Shown here piece by piece: positions 17,337-27,793 of a stretch of 64,000 bases of DNA. The notes below the pieces were generated by a model, which saw only the letters and a program-made list of their open reading frames with translations, was not told the DNA's origin and made no database searches. Source of the DNA: a bacterium. GTDB lineage: Bacteria > Electryoneota > Electryoneia > Electryoneales > Electryoneaceae. The DNA lies in NCBI GenBank assembly GCA_963675295.2, contig CAXXKJ010000002.1, positions 1,856,001 through 1,920,000 on the forward strand, written 5' to 3'. Every line of letters starts with the position of its first letter. Position 1 is the stretch's first letter. The position numbers and the translations under genes were made by a program.

Positions 17337-18246
17337 GGGGTACCACGTGCCCGTGATGCTGGCGGAAACGCTGGCGGGGCTGAAGATCAAGCCGGACGGC
17401 CGTTATCTGGACGCGACCGGCGGCGGCGGCGGACACAGCGCCGCCATCCTTGACAAGCTGAGTGAGACCGGACGTCTGCTGGTGATCGACCGCGACGACG
17501 ACGCGCTTGCGGTGTTGCGTGAGCGGTTCGGCGCTGACGAACGAGTAGTCGTGCACAAGCTGAACTTCGGCGCGATCGGGTCAGATGAGGCGGTCGCCGG
17601 GTTTGCCCCGATCGACGGCATCCTGTTCGATTTCGGAGTGAGCAGCCGTCAGATCGACAATCCGGAACGCGGCTTCAGCTTCATGCAGGCTGGACCGTTG
17701 GACATGCGGATGGATCGGTCGCAGGGCGACAGCGCGGCAGACGTCGTCAACGAGTACGGCGAGGCGGCGTTGATCCGGATCCTGCGTGAGTACGGTGAGG
17801 AGCCGCGTGCGAAACGGATCGTGCAAGCGCTGGTGCAGGCGCGGCCGGTGACGACGACCGAGCAATTGAAGGCCGTCGTCGAGACGGTCGCCGATCCGCG
17901 GGAGCGCATCAAGACGTTGGCGCGGGTGTTTCAGGCGCTGCGCATCGAGGTCAATGGCGAGATGGACGAAATCGACCGGGCGTTGGATGCCGCGTATGAG
18001 TTGCTTGCTGTCGATGGCCGGTTGGCCGCACTCAGTTACCACAGTCTGGAAGATCGTCGTGTAAAGCAGTTCCTGCGGCGGATGGAAGGTGAGAACAGGG
18101 ATCGGTACCTGGCGCTACCGGGCGCGGAAGCGCAGGTCCGAATGAAGGCAGTACCCCGCAAGGCCGTACAACCCGGGCAAACTGAGATTAACACCAACCC
18201 ACGCGCGAGAAGTGCCCGGCTGCGTTTAGCAATCAAGCAGAATTGA
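17314..18246 (+). CDS. rsmH: 16S rRNA m4C1402 methyltransferase
   Basis: HVPVMLAE, DATGGGGGHS, DFGVSSRQID, FQALRIEVN, SYHSLEDR and NPRARSARLR motifs. Confidence 0.97.
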   Translation: MDTVERAEGYHVPVMLAETLAGLKIKPDGRYLDATGGGGGHSAAILDKLSETGRLLVIDRDDDALAVLRERFGADERVVVHKLNFGAIGSDEAVAGFAPIDGILFDFGVSSRQIDNPERGFSFMQAGPLDMRMDRSQGDSAADVVNEYGEAALIRILREYGEEPRAKRIVQALVQARPVTTTEQLKAVVETVADPRERIKTLARVFQALRIEVNGEMDEIDRALDAAYELLAVDGRLAALSYHSLEDRRVKQFLRRMEGENRDRYLALPGAEAQVRMKAVPRKAVQPGQTEINTNPRARSARLRLAIKQN

Positions 18247-18301
18247 ACAGGTTCAGCGAACTGGAAGCGTTAGCAAGGGCGTATTCCAGGGGCAGGGTGA
18301 A

Positions 18302-18751
18302 GTGAAATCCACGGCATACAGCACGAGGATGTACATGAGCGGCCGCGCAAAGGCCGCGATGCCGGTGCGTGAGTTCGGGCTCACGCTGCCGCTCGTGCTG
18401 CTCGCCCTGATCCTGTTCGGCTTCTTCGCGACGATGATTCATCTGCAGGTGCAGAAGACGCATTTCGGTGCGTTGATCACGTCGCAGACGGAACGTGTCG
18501 AAACACTGCGCGCTGAAGTGCGGGCGTTGAACGGAAAGATCGCATCGCTGACCTCGTTGGACGCGATCCGTGAGCGCGCGCTGGAACGCGGGATGACCGA
18601 GCCGAAGGCGCCGCCGCCGGTGTTGCAGGTGACGCTCACCGCGGATGAGATCGCCCGCATGGGCGGAGTGGAAAAGAGTGACGTAGCCGGTTTGCTGGCG
18701 CGGAGTTGGAGTGACGCGACGGTGGGCGAACTGGAGGAGGTTCGCCCATGA
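18302..18751 (+). CDS. ftsL: FtsL-like cell division protein
   Basis: One TM helix followed by a coiled coil and the IRERALERGM motif. Located between rsmH and ftsI; start uncertain. Confidence 0.7.
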   Translation: MKSTAYSTRMYMSGRAKAAMPVREFGLTLPLVLLALILFGFFATMIHLQVQKTHFGALITSQTERVETLRAEVRALNGKIASLTSLDAIRERALERGMTEPKAPPPVLQVTLTADEIARMGGVEKSDVAGLLARSWSDATVGELEEVRP

Positions 18752-20895
18752 GCCGCACCACGGATCGTTCGCCGAAGGCGCCGATGGGTGCGCCGATTCA
18801 GTCTGGCCGGCTGCTGCTGGTGTTCGCTGTGCTGGTGTTGCTGGCGGCGGCGACGGTGTTCCGGCTGGTGTCGATCCAGGTAGTGCAGCACACTGAGTAC
18901 CGTGACCGTGCGAAGCAGCAGTATACCGACACCCGAGAGTTGCCGCCGGATCGTGGCGTGATCCTGGACCGCCGTGGCCGGGCGCTGGTCGAAAACCTTG
19001 AGAATTACGGGTCGGTCGGCGTGCGTCCGTCGAAGGTGGCCGACAAATCGATGACGGCGCAGCGGCTGGCGGATGCGTTGTCGCTGCGGACGCGCGATGT
19101 GTCGAACCGGCTGAAGGGCGATGCGCCGTTTGTCTGGATCGCACGTCAAGTGCTGCCGGAGGTTGCGAACCGCGTTGACGGCATGGACCTGCCGGGCGTG
19201 GAGGTGGTGCGCGAGACGAAGCGCTCGTACCCGTACGGTCGCACGGCGGGCCAGGTGCTGGGGCATGTGAACGTTGACAATCGGGGCGCGGCTGGGGTTG
19301 AGCAGCTGCGGGAAGATGTGCTCGCGGGACGACCGGGCTGGGAGGTGGTGCAGATGGATGCACACGGTCGTCCGCGTTACGACAACATGTTCCCGCGCGA
19401 GGAACCGGTGCACGGTGGCCGCGTGACGCTCGCGATCGACATCGACGCGCAGACCATCGCCGAGGAAGAGCTGGCGTTCGGTATCGAGGAGAATGAAGCG
19501 GTCAGCGGGATGGTGGTGATTACCCGTCCGATGACCGGTGAGATTCTCGCGATTGCCTCATGGCCGAATTACGACCCGAACGATCCCGGCGCGAGTCCGT
19601 TCGCGGCGCAGAAGAATCGTGCGATCACCGATGTTTACGAGCCCGGCAGCACGTTCAAGATCGTGCCGTTCTCAGCGATCATCGAGCGCGATCTGATCGA
19701 CCTCGACAAGATCATCGACCTCGAGGAAGGGCGTTGGCGGGTGGCGGACCGGGTGATCCGCGATTCGCACCGCTACGACTCGTTGACTGTCCGCCAGGGC
19801 TTCGCCAAGTCGAGCAACATCCTCACCGGCAAGCTGGCGGAAAACCTGAGCAAGGCCGAATTCTACACGGTGATGCGTGACTTCGGCTTCGGGCAGGAAA
19901 CCGGCATCGATTTCATCGGTGAGGTTGGCGGGATTCTGCCGGAAACGCGGCATTGGTCTGGTGTCTCCCAGGCGAACATGGCGATCGGGCAGGGGATCGC
20001 GGTAACGCCCTTGCAGTTGGCTATGGCATACGGTGCGATTGCGAACAACGGCTGGCTGCTGCGTCCGCTGCTGATCACGTCGGAAGTGAATCCGGACGGC
20101 GAAGTGGTGCGGTATTCACCGGTTCGAGTGCGCCGTGTGATACAACCGTCCACCGCCCGCATCATGCGCAAGCTGATGGTGGAAGCGGTCGAGGATGGCA
20201 CCGGCGGCCAGGCGATGATCGCCGGGATCAGCGTCGCCGGCAAGACGGGGACCGCGCAGAAGCCGGACCCGGAAAATCGTGGCTACATGCCGGGGCGTTA
20301 TGTCAGCTCGTTCTGCGGTTTTCTGCCGGCTGAGAATCCGGAATGGCTGGCGCTGGTCGTAATTGATGACCCGCAGGGACGGCGGTACTACGGCGGCAGT
20401 GTCGCCGGGCCGGTGTTCCGCCGGATCATGGAGCGGCTGCTGGTGACGTTGCCGTACAACGAACTTCGCTACTCACTCGAAGACTACGAGAATCCGCGTG
20501 AGTTGCCGGACCGGACGGTGCTGGCGCCGGACGTGCTGGCGCTGTCGGCGACCGAGGCGGAAGATGTACTGCGTCAGGCCGGGCTCGAAGCGCGGGTTGA
20601 GGGCGAGGGCGACATCGTGATCGCTCAGAAGCAGGCCGTGGGGACGGTGCTGCATACAGGCGACTCGGTGGAGTTGACGCTCGGCTGTGCGGCGTTGGAT
20701 GACACGCTGAGTGTCCCGGAACTGCGTGAGAAATCACTGCGGGATGCGTTGGCGGAATTGACGCGCTGTGGATTGCAGCCTCAGGTGACAGGGTCGGGGA
20801 TTGTGGTTGGTCAGAATCCGGGGCCGGGGGTGAAGGTGCCCGCCGGAACCCGGGTAACCCTCGTCGCGCAACCGTACCTGGAGGCTGTGCGATGA
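18748..20895 (+). CDS. ftsI: Class B PBP (FtsI/PBP3) with two PASTA domains
   Basis: RGVILDR, RSYPYG, YEPGSTFK (SxxK), SSN and KTGTAQ motifs, plus C-terminal PASTA repeats. Confidence 0.93.
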   Translation: MSRTTDRSPKAPMGAPIQSGRLLLVFAVLVLLAAATVFRLVSIQVVQHTEYRDRAKQQYTDTRELPPDRGVILDRRGRALVENLENYGSVGVRPSKVADKSMTAQRLADALSLRTRDVSNRLKGDAPFVWIARQVLPEVANRVDGMDLPGVEVVRETKRSYPYGRTAGQVLGHVNVDNRGAAGVEQLREDVLAGRPGWEVVQMDAHGRPRYDNMFPREEPVHGGRVTLAIDIDAQTIAEEELAFGIEENEAVSGMVVITRPMTGEILAIASWPNYDPNDPGASPFAAQKNRAITDVYEPGSTFKIVPFSAIIERDLIDLDKIIDLEEGRWRVADRVIRDSHRYDSLTVRQGFAKSSNILTGKLAENLSKAEFYTVMRDFGFGQETGIDFIGEVGGILPETRHWSGVSQANMAIGQGIAVTPLQLAMAYGAIANNGWLLRPLLITSEVNPDGEVVRYSPVRVRRVIQPSTARIMRKLMVEAVEDGTGGQAMIAGISVAGKTGTAQKPDPENRGYMPGRYVSSFCGFLPAENPEWLALVVIDDPQGRRYYGGSVAGPVFRRIMERLLVTLPYNELRYSLEDYENPRELPDRTVLAPDVLALSATEAEDVLRQAGLEARVEGEGDIVIAQKQAVGTVLHTGDSVELTLGCAALDDTLSVPELREKSLRDALAELTRCGLQPQVTGSGIVVGQNPGPGVKVPAGTRVTLVAQPYLEAVR

Positions 20896-22340
20896 TCCTT
20901 TACGACCTGGTTAAGAGGCTGCCGGGCGCGTCGCTGCACGGAGATGGTTCGGTTGAGATCACCGGCCTGACCTACGATTCGCGACGTGTCCAGCCGGGCA
21001 ACCTCTTCTGCGCACTGGTCGGAGGATCGTCAAACGGAAATGACTTCATCCCACAAGCGCTAAAAAACGGCGCGGTGGCGGTGATGACGGACAGACCGGA
21101 CGATGTGTCGGCGGATGTGCCGGTGGTGACGGTGCCGGACGCGCGCATCGTGATGGCCTACGCCGCCCATGAGCTCTTTGACAAGCCAACTGAAAAGCTG
21201 GTATTGACCGGGATTACCGGCACCAACGGAAAGACCACCTGCACCTACGTGCTGCAGTCGATTCTCGACGCCGCCGGGCACAAGACCGGCCTGATCGGGA
21301 CGACCGGCTGGTCGTTCGCGGGCGAGGGTGAACCGTTGGAGCGCACGACGCCGGAAGCGCCGGACATGCTGGCATTGCTGGCGAACATGCGGGACAAGGG
21401 TGCGACGGCGGCGGTGCTGGAAGTGACCTCGATTGCGATGCCGATGCACCGCGTTGACGGCTTCCATTTCGCGGCCGGTCTGTTCACCAACCTGAGTCAG
21501 GATCATCTCGACCTGCATGGGTCGATGGCGGAGTATTTCGCGGCGAAGAAGAGCTTCTTCGAGACGCTACCGGCGGATGCTGTTGCGGTTGCGAACGCCG
21601 ACGACGAGCATGGCCAGAGAATGCTCAGCGGAATCGCAGCGAAGGCGTTCACTTTCGGATTCGACTCGGATGCTGATGTCCATGGTTCGCTGGTGAACGA
21701 GTCGGCGTCCGGGATGACGATCAAGGTCGATGGAACGTTTGGTTCGTTCGAGATGAAGACGCCGTACATCGGCCGGTTTAACGCGTCGAACGTGCTCGGC
21801 TGCGCCGCCCTCGCGCTGGCGATGGGTGTTGATGTTTCCGCGATCCAGGCCGGTGTCGCGAATGCGCCGCAGGTACGGGGCCGGATGGAACGGCTGTCGC
21901 TGGAAGGCGATGTGACGGCGGTGATCGATTACGCGCACACGCCGGACGCGTTGCAGCGTGCGCTGGAAGCGTTGCGTCCGTTGGCAACAGGCAAGTTGAT
22001 CGTGGTGATCGGCGCGGGCGGCAACCGGGATGCGACCAAGCGTCCAATCATGGGCAAGGCCGCGGCAGAGGGTGCCGATATCGCGGTGATCACCAGCGAC
22101 AATCCGCGCTTCGAGGATCCAGCGAGCATTGTCCAGCAGGTAGCGTCCGGTGCAGGCGAAAAGGCTGTGGTTATGGTGGATCGGCGTGAAGCGATCAAGC
22201 GCGCACTCGATCTGGCGAACTCCGGTGATGTCCTGCTGATCGCTGGCAAGGGCCACGAAACGTACCAGGAAATCGAAGGCGTGAAGCATCCGTTCGACGA
22301 CCGCGAAGAGGTGCTCAAGCTGCGGAGGGCCGCATGCTGA
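20892..22340 (+). CDS. murE: UDP-MurNAc-L-Ala-D-Glu:meso-DAP ligase
   Basis: GITGTNGKTT, FTNLSQDHLD, DYAHTPD, DNPR (DAP-type specificity) and AGKGHE motifs. Confidence 0.96.
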   Translation: MILYDLVKRLPGASLHGDGSVEITGLTYDSRRVQPGNLFCALVGGSSNGNDFIPQALKNGAVAVMTDRPDDVSADVPVVTVPDARIVMAYAAHELFDKPTEKLVLTGITGTNGKTTCTYVLQSILDAAGHKTGLIGTTGWSFAGEGEPLERTTPEAPDMLALLANMRDKGATAAVLEVTSIAMPMHRVDGFHFAAGLFTNLSQDHLDLHGSMAEYFAAKKSFFETLPADAVAVANADDEHGQRMLSGIAAKAFTFGFDSDADVHGSLVNESASGMTIKVDGTFGSFEMKTPYIGRFNASNVLGCAALALAMGVDVSAIQAGVANAPQVRGRMERLSLEGDVTAVIDYAHTPDALQRALEALRPLATGKLIVVIGAGGNRDATKRPIMGKAAAEGADIAVITSDNPRFEDPASIVQQVASGAGEKAVVMVDRREAIKRALDLANSGDVLLIAGKGHETYQEIEGVKHPFDDREEVLKLRRAAC

Positions 22341-23752
22341 TCAGCACCGGAATGCTGGAAACCGCCGGGATTCGTGTCGTCGGCAACTGGGATGAGTGGC
22401 TGCCGCCTGTGAAGATCGACTCGCGTCAGCTCGAGAACGGTGACCTGTTCTGGGCGTTGCCGGGCGAGCGGGTGGATGGCCATGACTACGTCGCCACCGC
22501 ATTCGAGGCCGGTGCGAAGATCTGTGCGGTGAGTGAGGATTGGGCGACGCAGTACGCCGGTTCGTTGCGTGAGAACGCGATCCTGTTCGTGATGCCGGAT
22601 ACGTTGAAGGGGCTACAGGCGCTGGCGATGGAAACGCGACGCTCGCTGGGTGCGCAGACCATCGCGCTGACTGGTTCCAACGGCAAGACGACGACCAGGG
22701 AGCTGCTGGTCGCCGGGTTGAAGACACTCGGTCGTGTTTCCGCAACGAAGGGCAACTTCAACAACCATATCGGGCTGCCGTTGACGATCCTCAATGCGAC
22801 CGGCGACGAAGAATACCTCGTTCTCGAGATGGGCGCGAACCACGTCGGCGAAATCGACTTCCTTTGCCAGATCGGGCACCCGGAATCGGGGCTGATCACC
22901 AACATCGGCGACGCGCATGTCGGCGAGTTCGGCGGGTTCGAGATGCTGCAGAAGGCGAAGGGCGAGCTGTTCGACTTCCTCGCGGGCAACAAGGGCCTGG
23001 CGCTGGTCAATCTCGACGATGAGCGCGTGGTCGAAGTCGCGACGAAGGTGACACGCAAGGCCGGCTACACGCTCGGCCTCGGCCGTATCCCGGAAGACTG
23101 GACACACAGCCTCTACTTCGGCGAAGTGGTCGGGCAGGACGGCTGGTCGCGCAGCACGATCCGCATCGAGGGTGAAGAAGTGACGCTGAAGCTGATCGGC
23201 GCGCACTGGGCCCGGGCGGCGCTGGCCGCGGCGGCGATGGTGATGGAGCTGGGCGGGGAAACGTCGCAGGTGGTTCCGGCGCTGGCGAGCGTTGAGGCAT
23301 TGCCAGGACGCGGTCATGTGATCGAGCTAGGCGATGGCGTTGAGCTGCTGGACGACAGCTACAACGCGAACGTGGCGTCGATTGAGGCGGCGGTGCGGAC
23401 GCTGGTCAACCGTGAGGGGACTCGGATCGCTGTCATCGGCGATGTGATGGAGCTTGGGGAGTTCGAGGAAGACGAACACCGTCGCATCGGCCGGATACCG
23501 GACTTTGACGCGGTGGATCACCTCGTGTTTGTCGGGGAACGCATGAGCTGGGCGGCGGAAGAGGCGACGCTGCTCGGACATCCGTCGGTGCGGGCGTTTG
23601 TTGAAGCGTCACCGCTCGAGATCGCGCAACACGTTGCCTCGCTGCTTGAACCGAACGCTGGAATCCTGGTCAAGGGCTCGCGAAAGGTTGGGCTCGAGCG
23701 GGTGGTTGACGCGCTGCGTGACCCGGACATGGAAGCTGGGGAGGGGCATTGA
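22334..23752 (+). CDS. murF: UDP-MurNAc-tripeptide:D-Ala-D-Ala ligase
   Basis: TGSNGKTTT, GNFNNHIGLPLT, LEMGANH, DDSYNAN and LVKGSR motifs. Confidence 0.96.
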   Translation: MLISTGMLETAGIRVVGNWDEWLPPVKIDSRQLENGDLFWALPGERVDGHDYVATAFEAGAKICAVSEDWATQYAGSLRENAILFVMPDTLKGLQALAMETRRSLGAQTIALTGSNGKTTTRELLVAGLKTLGRVSATKGNFNNHIGLPLTILNATGDEEYLVLEMGANHVGEIDFLCQIGHPESGLITNIGDAHVGEFGGFEMLQKAKGELFDFLAGNKGLALVNLDDERVVEVATKVTRKAGYTLGLGRIPEDWTHSLYFGEVVGQDGWSRSTIRIEGEEVTLKLIGAHWARAALAAAAMVMELGGETSQVVPALASVEALPGRGHVIELGDGVELLDDSYNANVASIEAAVRTLVNREGTRIAVIGDVMELGEFEEDEHRRIGRIPDFDAVDHLVFVGERMSWAAEEATLLGHPSVRAFVEASPLEIAQHVASLLEPNAGILVKGSRKVGLERVVDALRDPDMEAGEGH

Positions 23753-25161
23753 TGAACTCGATGTTTTCCAGCGAAGAGCTGCAGGGGGAAGCTGTCCTCG
23801 TGCTCGGGGCGAGCCGCAGCGGCATGGCGGCCGCACGCCTGCTGCATGAGGCCGGGGCAAATGTCTTCGTCAGCGAAATCCGTGATGCCGACAAGGTCGA
23901 GTCCGCCGCAGCCGAGTTGGATGCATTGGGAATTCCGCTGGAAACCGGCGGTCATCGGCTCAAGGGTTTCCCGATCCCGCGGTTCGCGGTAGTCAGCCCG
24001 GGGATTCCGAGCAACGCACCGATCGTGCACCGCCTGAAGCAGGAAGGCCGGCAGGTCGTCAGTGAGGTCGAGGTCGCGAGCTGGTTCTACTACGGCACGA
24101 TCATCGCCATCACCGGCAGCAACGGGAAGACGACGGTCACCCGTTGGATCGAGCACACGTTGTGCCAGGCGGACTTGAACGCCGTCGCCTGCGGAAATAT
24201 CGGCTATCCGTTCTGTGACATGGTGCGGGAAAAACGGCGGGTGACGCACGCCGTCGTCGAGGTTTCCAGCTTCCAGCTCGAGACGATTCAACGGTTTCAT
24301 CCGCATGTCTCGGTGATGACGAATCTCAGCGAGGACCATCTCGACCGGCACGGCGATTTCGAATCGTACGCCAAGGCGAAGTCGCGGATCTGGATGAACC
24401 AGAAGGAAGAAGATTTCACCGTTCTGCCGGAAACGGACAAGATGATCGCCTCGATTTCGCTTTCGATCCGTCCGCAGATCCTGAATGTGTCGCTGGATCG
24501 TGTACCGGAATTGGGCGCGGGGGTGCATGACGGTCAGATCTGGATCAATCTCGGCGGTTCGAACCGGGAGCGCGTGATGGCGGTGGACGAGTTACCGATC
24601 CCGGGCCGTCACAACATTGCGAATGCGTTGTGCGCGGCTGCCGCATGCCGGATTCTGAAACTGTCGGTGGATGAGATCAAGCAGGGGCTGGCGACGTTTG
24701 CGGGTGTGCCGCATCGGCTGGAGGTGGTTCACAACAACGGGCGGCTGTGGATCAACGACAGCAAGGCGACCAACGTTGACAGCCTGCGTGTCGCGCTGGA
24801 AGCGGTTCGCGCGCCGGTGATCCTGATCGCGGGGGGGCGTGACAAGGGCGCGCCCTACGTACCCCTGCGGCAGTTGATCAAGGACAAGGTGTCGCGGATG
24901 CTGCTGATTGGCGAGGGCGCGAGCCGGTTGGACGAAGAGCTGGGCGATTTGCTGCCGACAAAGCGTGTTGGTGATCTGGAATCGGCGGTGAAGGAAGCGT
25001 ACGCTACCGCGCAGCCGGGTGAAACAGTGTTGCTCAGCCCGGGTTGCGCCAGTTTTGACCAGTTCCGCGACTACGAACAGCGTGGTGATGTGTTCCGCGA
25101 ACTGGTGGATCAGGTTCACGCCGGGCATAACGAAGCGGCGACGGGAGAAAAGACCGCATGA
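23752..25161 (+). CDS. murD: UDP-MurNAc-L-Ala:D-Glu ligase
   Basis: VSPGIP, ITGSNGKTT, EVSSFQLE, NDSKATN and LLSPGCASFDQF motifs. TGATG overlap with murF. Confidence 0.96.
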   Translation: MNSMFSSEELQGEAVLVLGASRSGMAAARLLHEAGANVFVSEIRDADKVESAAAELDALGIPLETGGHRLKGFPIPRFAVVSPGIPSNAPIVHRLKQEGRQVVSEVEVASWFYYGTIIAITGSNGKTTVTRWIEHTLCQADLNAVACGNIGYPFCDMVREKRRVTHAVVEVSSFQLETIQRFHPHVSVMTNLSEDHLDRHGDFESYAKAKSRIWMNQKEEDFTVLPETDKMIASISLSIRPQILNVSLDRVPELGAGVHDGQIWINLGGSNRERVMAVDELPIPGRHNIANALCAAAACRILKLSVDEIKQGLATFAGVPHRLEVVHNNGRLWINDSKATNVDSLRVALEAVRAPVILIAGGRDKGAPYVPLRQLIKDKVSRMLLIGEGASRLDEELGDLLPTKRVGDLESAVKEAYATAQPGETVLLSPGCASFDQFRDYEQRGDVFRELVDQVHAGHNEAATGEKTA

Positions 25162-26402
25162 GTCGTGTGGCCACACAAACCGCATCCACTCGCGAGAAGC
25201 CGGCGCGCCGTACCTACACCACGTTGCTGGTGCTGGTGTTGACGCTGACCGTGCTCGGCCTGCTGGCCGTGTACACGGCGGGCAGCGAGTTGTCGGAGCG
25301 GTCGTACGGTGGCAACCCGGCGTACCTGTTCCTCGAACAGGCGAAACGTGCGCTGATCGGTGTGGCGATCATGCTGCTGCTCGCGCGCGTTCCTTATAAA
25401 GTGTGGAAATTGGCGGCGATCCCGGGTGTGGTCGTCGCGGCGGGATTCCTGGTACTGGTGGCAATGGACACGCCGCTGGCGGTGACGGTTAACGGCGCAA
25501 CGCGCTGGGTGCGGTTGGGATCGTTCCAGTTCCAGCCGTCGGAGCTGGCCCGGTACGCCGTAGTGCTGTTTATCGCCTGGTGGGGGTGGTTACGCGGACG
25601 TGAGATCCAGGACCTGAGCAAGGGTTTTCTGCCGGTGCTGGGGGTGATCGTAACCCTGACCACGCTGATCGTGTGGCAGCCGGACTTTTCGACGGCGGCG
25701 ATGTTGATGGCGACCAGCCTCGTCCTGCTGTTCATCACCGGCGCGAAGTTCTGGCACATCAGCTCGTTGATCCTGCCGGGTGTTGCGGCGGCGGTGGCGA
25801 TTGTGATCAAGTCGCCGTACAAGCTGGACCGTATCAAGGTGCTGTTGAATCCGGCGGCCGATCCGACCGGCGGCGGCTACCAGTTGATTCAGTCGTTTAC
25901 CGGGATGGGACGCGGTGGCATTCTCGGTGTCGGCCCGGGCGGCAGCCGGCAGAAAATGTTCTTCCTGCCGGAGGCGCACACCGACTTCATCTACGCCATC
26001 ATCGGCGAGGAATTCGGGCTGATCGGGACATTGGCGCTGCTGTTCCTGTTCCTGTTGCTGATTTACACCGGGCTGAAAATCGCCCGGCGCAGCCCGGAAC
26101 CGTTTGGCGCATACCTCGCGGCCGGCATCACACTCAGCGTCGGCTTTTACGCGCTGGCGAACATGGCAGTCACGGTTGGCGTGTTGCCACCGACCGGTTT
26201 GCCGCTGCCGTTGATCAGTTACGGCGGAACATCACTGCTGATGACGCTGGCGGCGTTGGGCATTCTGTTGAACATCGCGCGCACGGTGGATGCCGAACCG
26301 CAGGCGATCCCGGCACGAAAGATGAATCAGGCGCCAAAACGTACCACGACGCCAACACGGACGCGCACCGCGACAGCAACGAGGAGAAGGGCGACAGCGT
26401 GA
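25158..26402 (+). CDS. ftsW: SEDS peptidoglycan glycosyltransferase FtsW
   Basis: NGATRW, FQPSELA, QPDFST, LPEAHTDFI and LPLISYGGTS motifs. Confidence 0.95.
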   Translation: MSRVATQTASTREKPARRTYTTLLVLVLTLTVLGLLAVYTAGSELSERSYGGNPAYLFLEQAKRALIGVAIMLLLARVPYKVWKLAAIPGVVVAAGFLVLVAMDTPLAVTVNGATRWVRLGSFQFQPSELARYAVVLFIAWWGWLRGREIQDLSKGFLPVLGVIVTLTTLIVWQPDFSTAAMLMATSLVLLFITGAKFWHISSLILPGVAAAVAIVIKSPYKLDRIKVLLNPAADPTGGGYQLIQSFTGMGRGGILGVGPGGSRQKMFFLPEAHTDFIYAIIGEEFGLIGTLALLFLFLLLIYTGLKIARRSPEPFGAYLAAGITLSVGFYALANMAVTVGVLPPTGLPLPLISYGGTSLLMTLAALGILLNIARTVDAEPQAIPARKMNQAPKRTTTPTRTRTATATRRRATA

Positions 26403-27793
26403 CCCTGCTGAACCGAAATATCGGCCGGTTGCATTTCATCGGCATTGGCGGCATCGGGATGAGCGGCATTGCCGAGATCCTCGTGCGGCAGGGGTTCACC
26501 GTGTCCGGCAGCGACCTGAGCACCAGCGAGGTGACACGTCACCTGGAATCGCTCGGCGTGACGGTCACGCAGGGGCATGATCCGGCGCATGTGGAAGGCG
26601 CGCAGGCGGTTGTTTACAGCAGCGCGGTGAGCGAGACGAATCCGGAACGAGTACGCGCGAAGGAGCTGGGCATTCCGGTGATTCGCCGAGCGGAGATGCT
26701 GGCCGAATTGATGCGGATGAAGACCGGCATCGCGATCGCGGGCACGCACGGCAAGACGACGACCACGTCGCTGGTGGGCACCGTGCTGACACGCGCGGGG
26801 CTGGATCCGACGGTGATCGTCGGCGGCATGGTCCGTGATATGGACACCAACGCGCGTCTGGGTTCGGGCGAATGGATGGTGGTCGAGGCGGACGAATACG
26901 ACCGCAGTTTCCTCAAGCTGACACCGTCGATCGCGATCATGACCATCGTCGAGGCGGAACACCTCGACACGTATGGCACCATCGAAAATCTGCGCGACGC
27001 CTTCGCCGCCTTTGCCAACTCCGTCCCGTTTTACGGGCGGGTGATCATCTGCGCAGACGATCTGGAATTGTCCGAGCTGCGCAAGCGGATTGAACGCCCG
27101 GTGCGGACCTACGGCTTTGCCGACGGTGCGGACGTGCATGGTGTGGACGTCGAACTTGGATTGACAAGCAAGTGTCGTGTCGTGGCGAACGGACACGATC
27201 TCGGAATCATCGAGCTTCCGCTGGCCGGCCGGCACAACCTGTCGAACGCGCTGGCGGCGGTTACCGCCGGGCTGGAGCTGGATATCCCGTTCGCGAAGAT
27301 CAGCGAGGCCTTGGGCCAGTTCCGTGGCGTGCGGCGCCGATTCGATTTGCGCGGTGAACGGGGTGGAGTGCTGGTCTTTGACGATTACGCGCATCATCCG
27401 ACCGAGGTCGGCGTGACGTTGCGCGCGGCGAAGGACGCCTATCCGGATCGTCCGGTGGTGGCGTTGTTCCAGCCGCACCTGTTCAGCCGGACACAGCGCT
27501 TCTATGCCGAATTCGCAGATGCGCTGGCGTTGGCGGACCGGGTGATTGTGACTGATGTCTATCCGGCACGTGAGGAGCCGATTGAGGGCGTGACCGGCAA
27601 ACTGGTCGCGGACAGGCTGACGGAAAATGGACATGCGGCGGTGAAGTACGTGCCCCGATTCCAGGATATCGCCCCGGCAGTGATGGAATCACTGACCGGC
27701 AACGAGATGATAATCACACTTGGAGCGGGGAATATTTACCGCGCGTCCAACGAGCTGCTCAGCCTGCTGGCCGGGTGTGAGGGGGACGCATGA
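26399..27793 (+). CDS. murC: UDP-MurNAc:L-Ala ligase
   Basis: GTG at 26399 overlaps the ftsW TGA. HFIGIGGIGMSGIA, GTHGKTTT, EADEYD, DDYAHHPTE and FQPH motifs. Confidence 0.96.
   Translation: MTLLNRNIGRLHFIGIGGIGMSGIAEILVRQGFTVSGSDLSTSEVTRHLESLGVTVTQGHDPAHVEGAQAVVYSSAVSETNPERVRAKELGIPVIRRAEMLAELMRMKTGIAIAGTHGKTTTTSLVGTVLTRAGLDPTVIVGGMVRDMDTNARLGSGEWMVVEADEYDRSFLKLTPSIAIMTIVEAEHLDTYGTIENLRDAFAAFANSVPFYGRVIICADDLELSELRKRIERPVRTYGFADGADVHGVDVELGLTSKCRVVANGHDLGIIELPLAGRHNLSNALAAVTAGLELDIPFAKISEALGQFRGVRRRFDLRGERGGVLVFDDYAHHPTEVGVTLRAAKDAYPDRPVVALFQPHLFSRTQRFYAEFADALALADRVIVTDVYPAREEPIEGVTGKLVADRLTENGHAAVKYVPRFQDIAPAVMESLTGNEMIITLGAGNIYRASNELLSLLAGCEGDA

Noticed and set aside
25673-26398. 706-aa ORF suggesting MurC has a long N-terminal extension
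   Set aside because: The extension is an alternative frame inside ftsW. MurC homology starts at GTG 26399, coupled to the ftsW stop.
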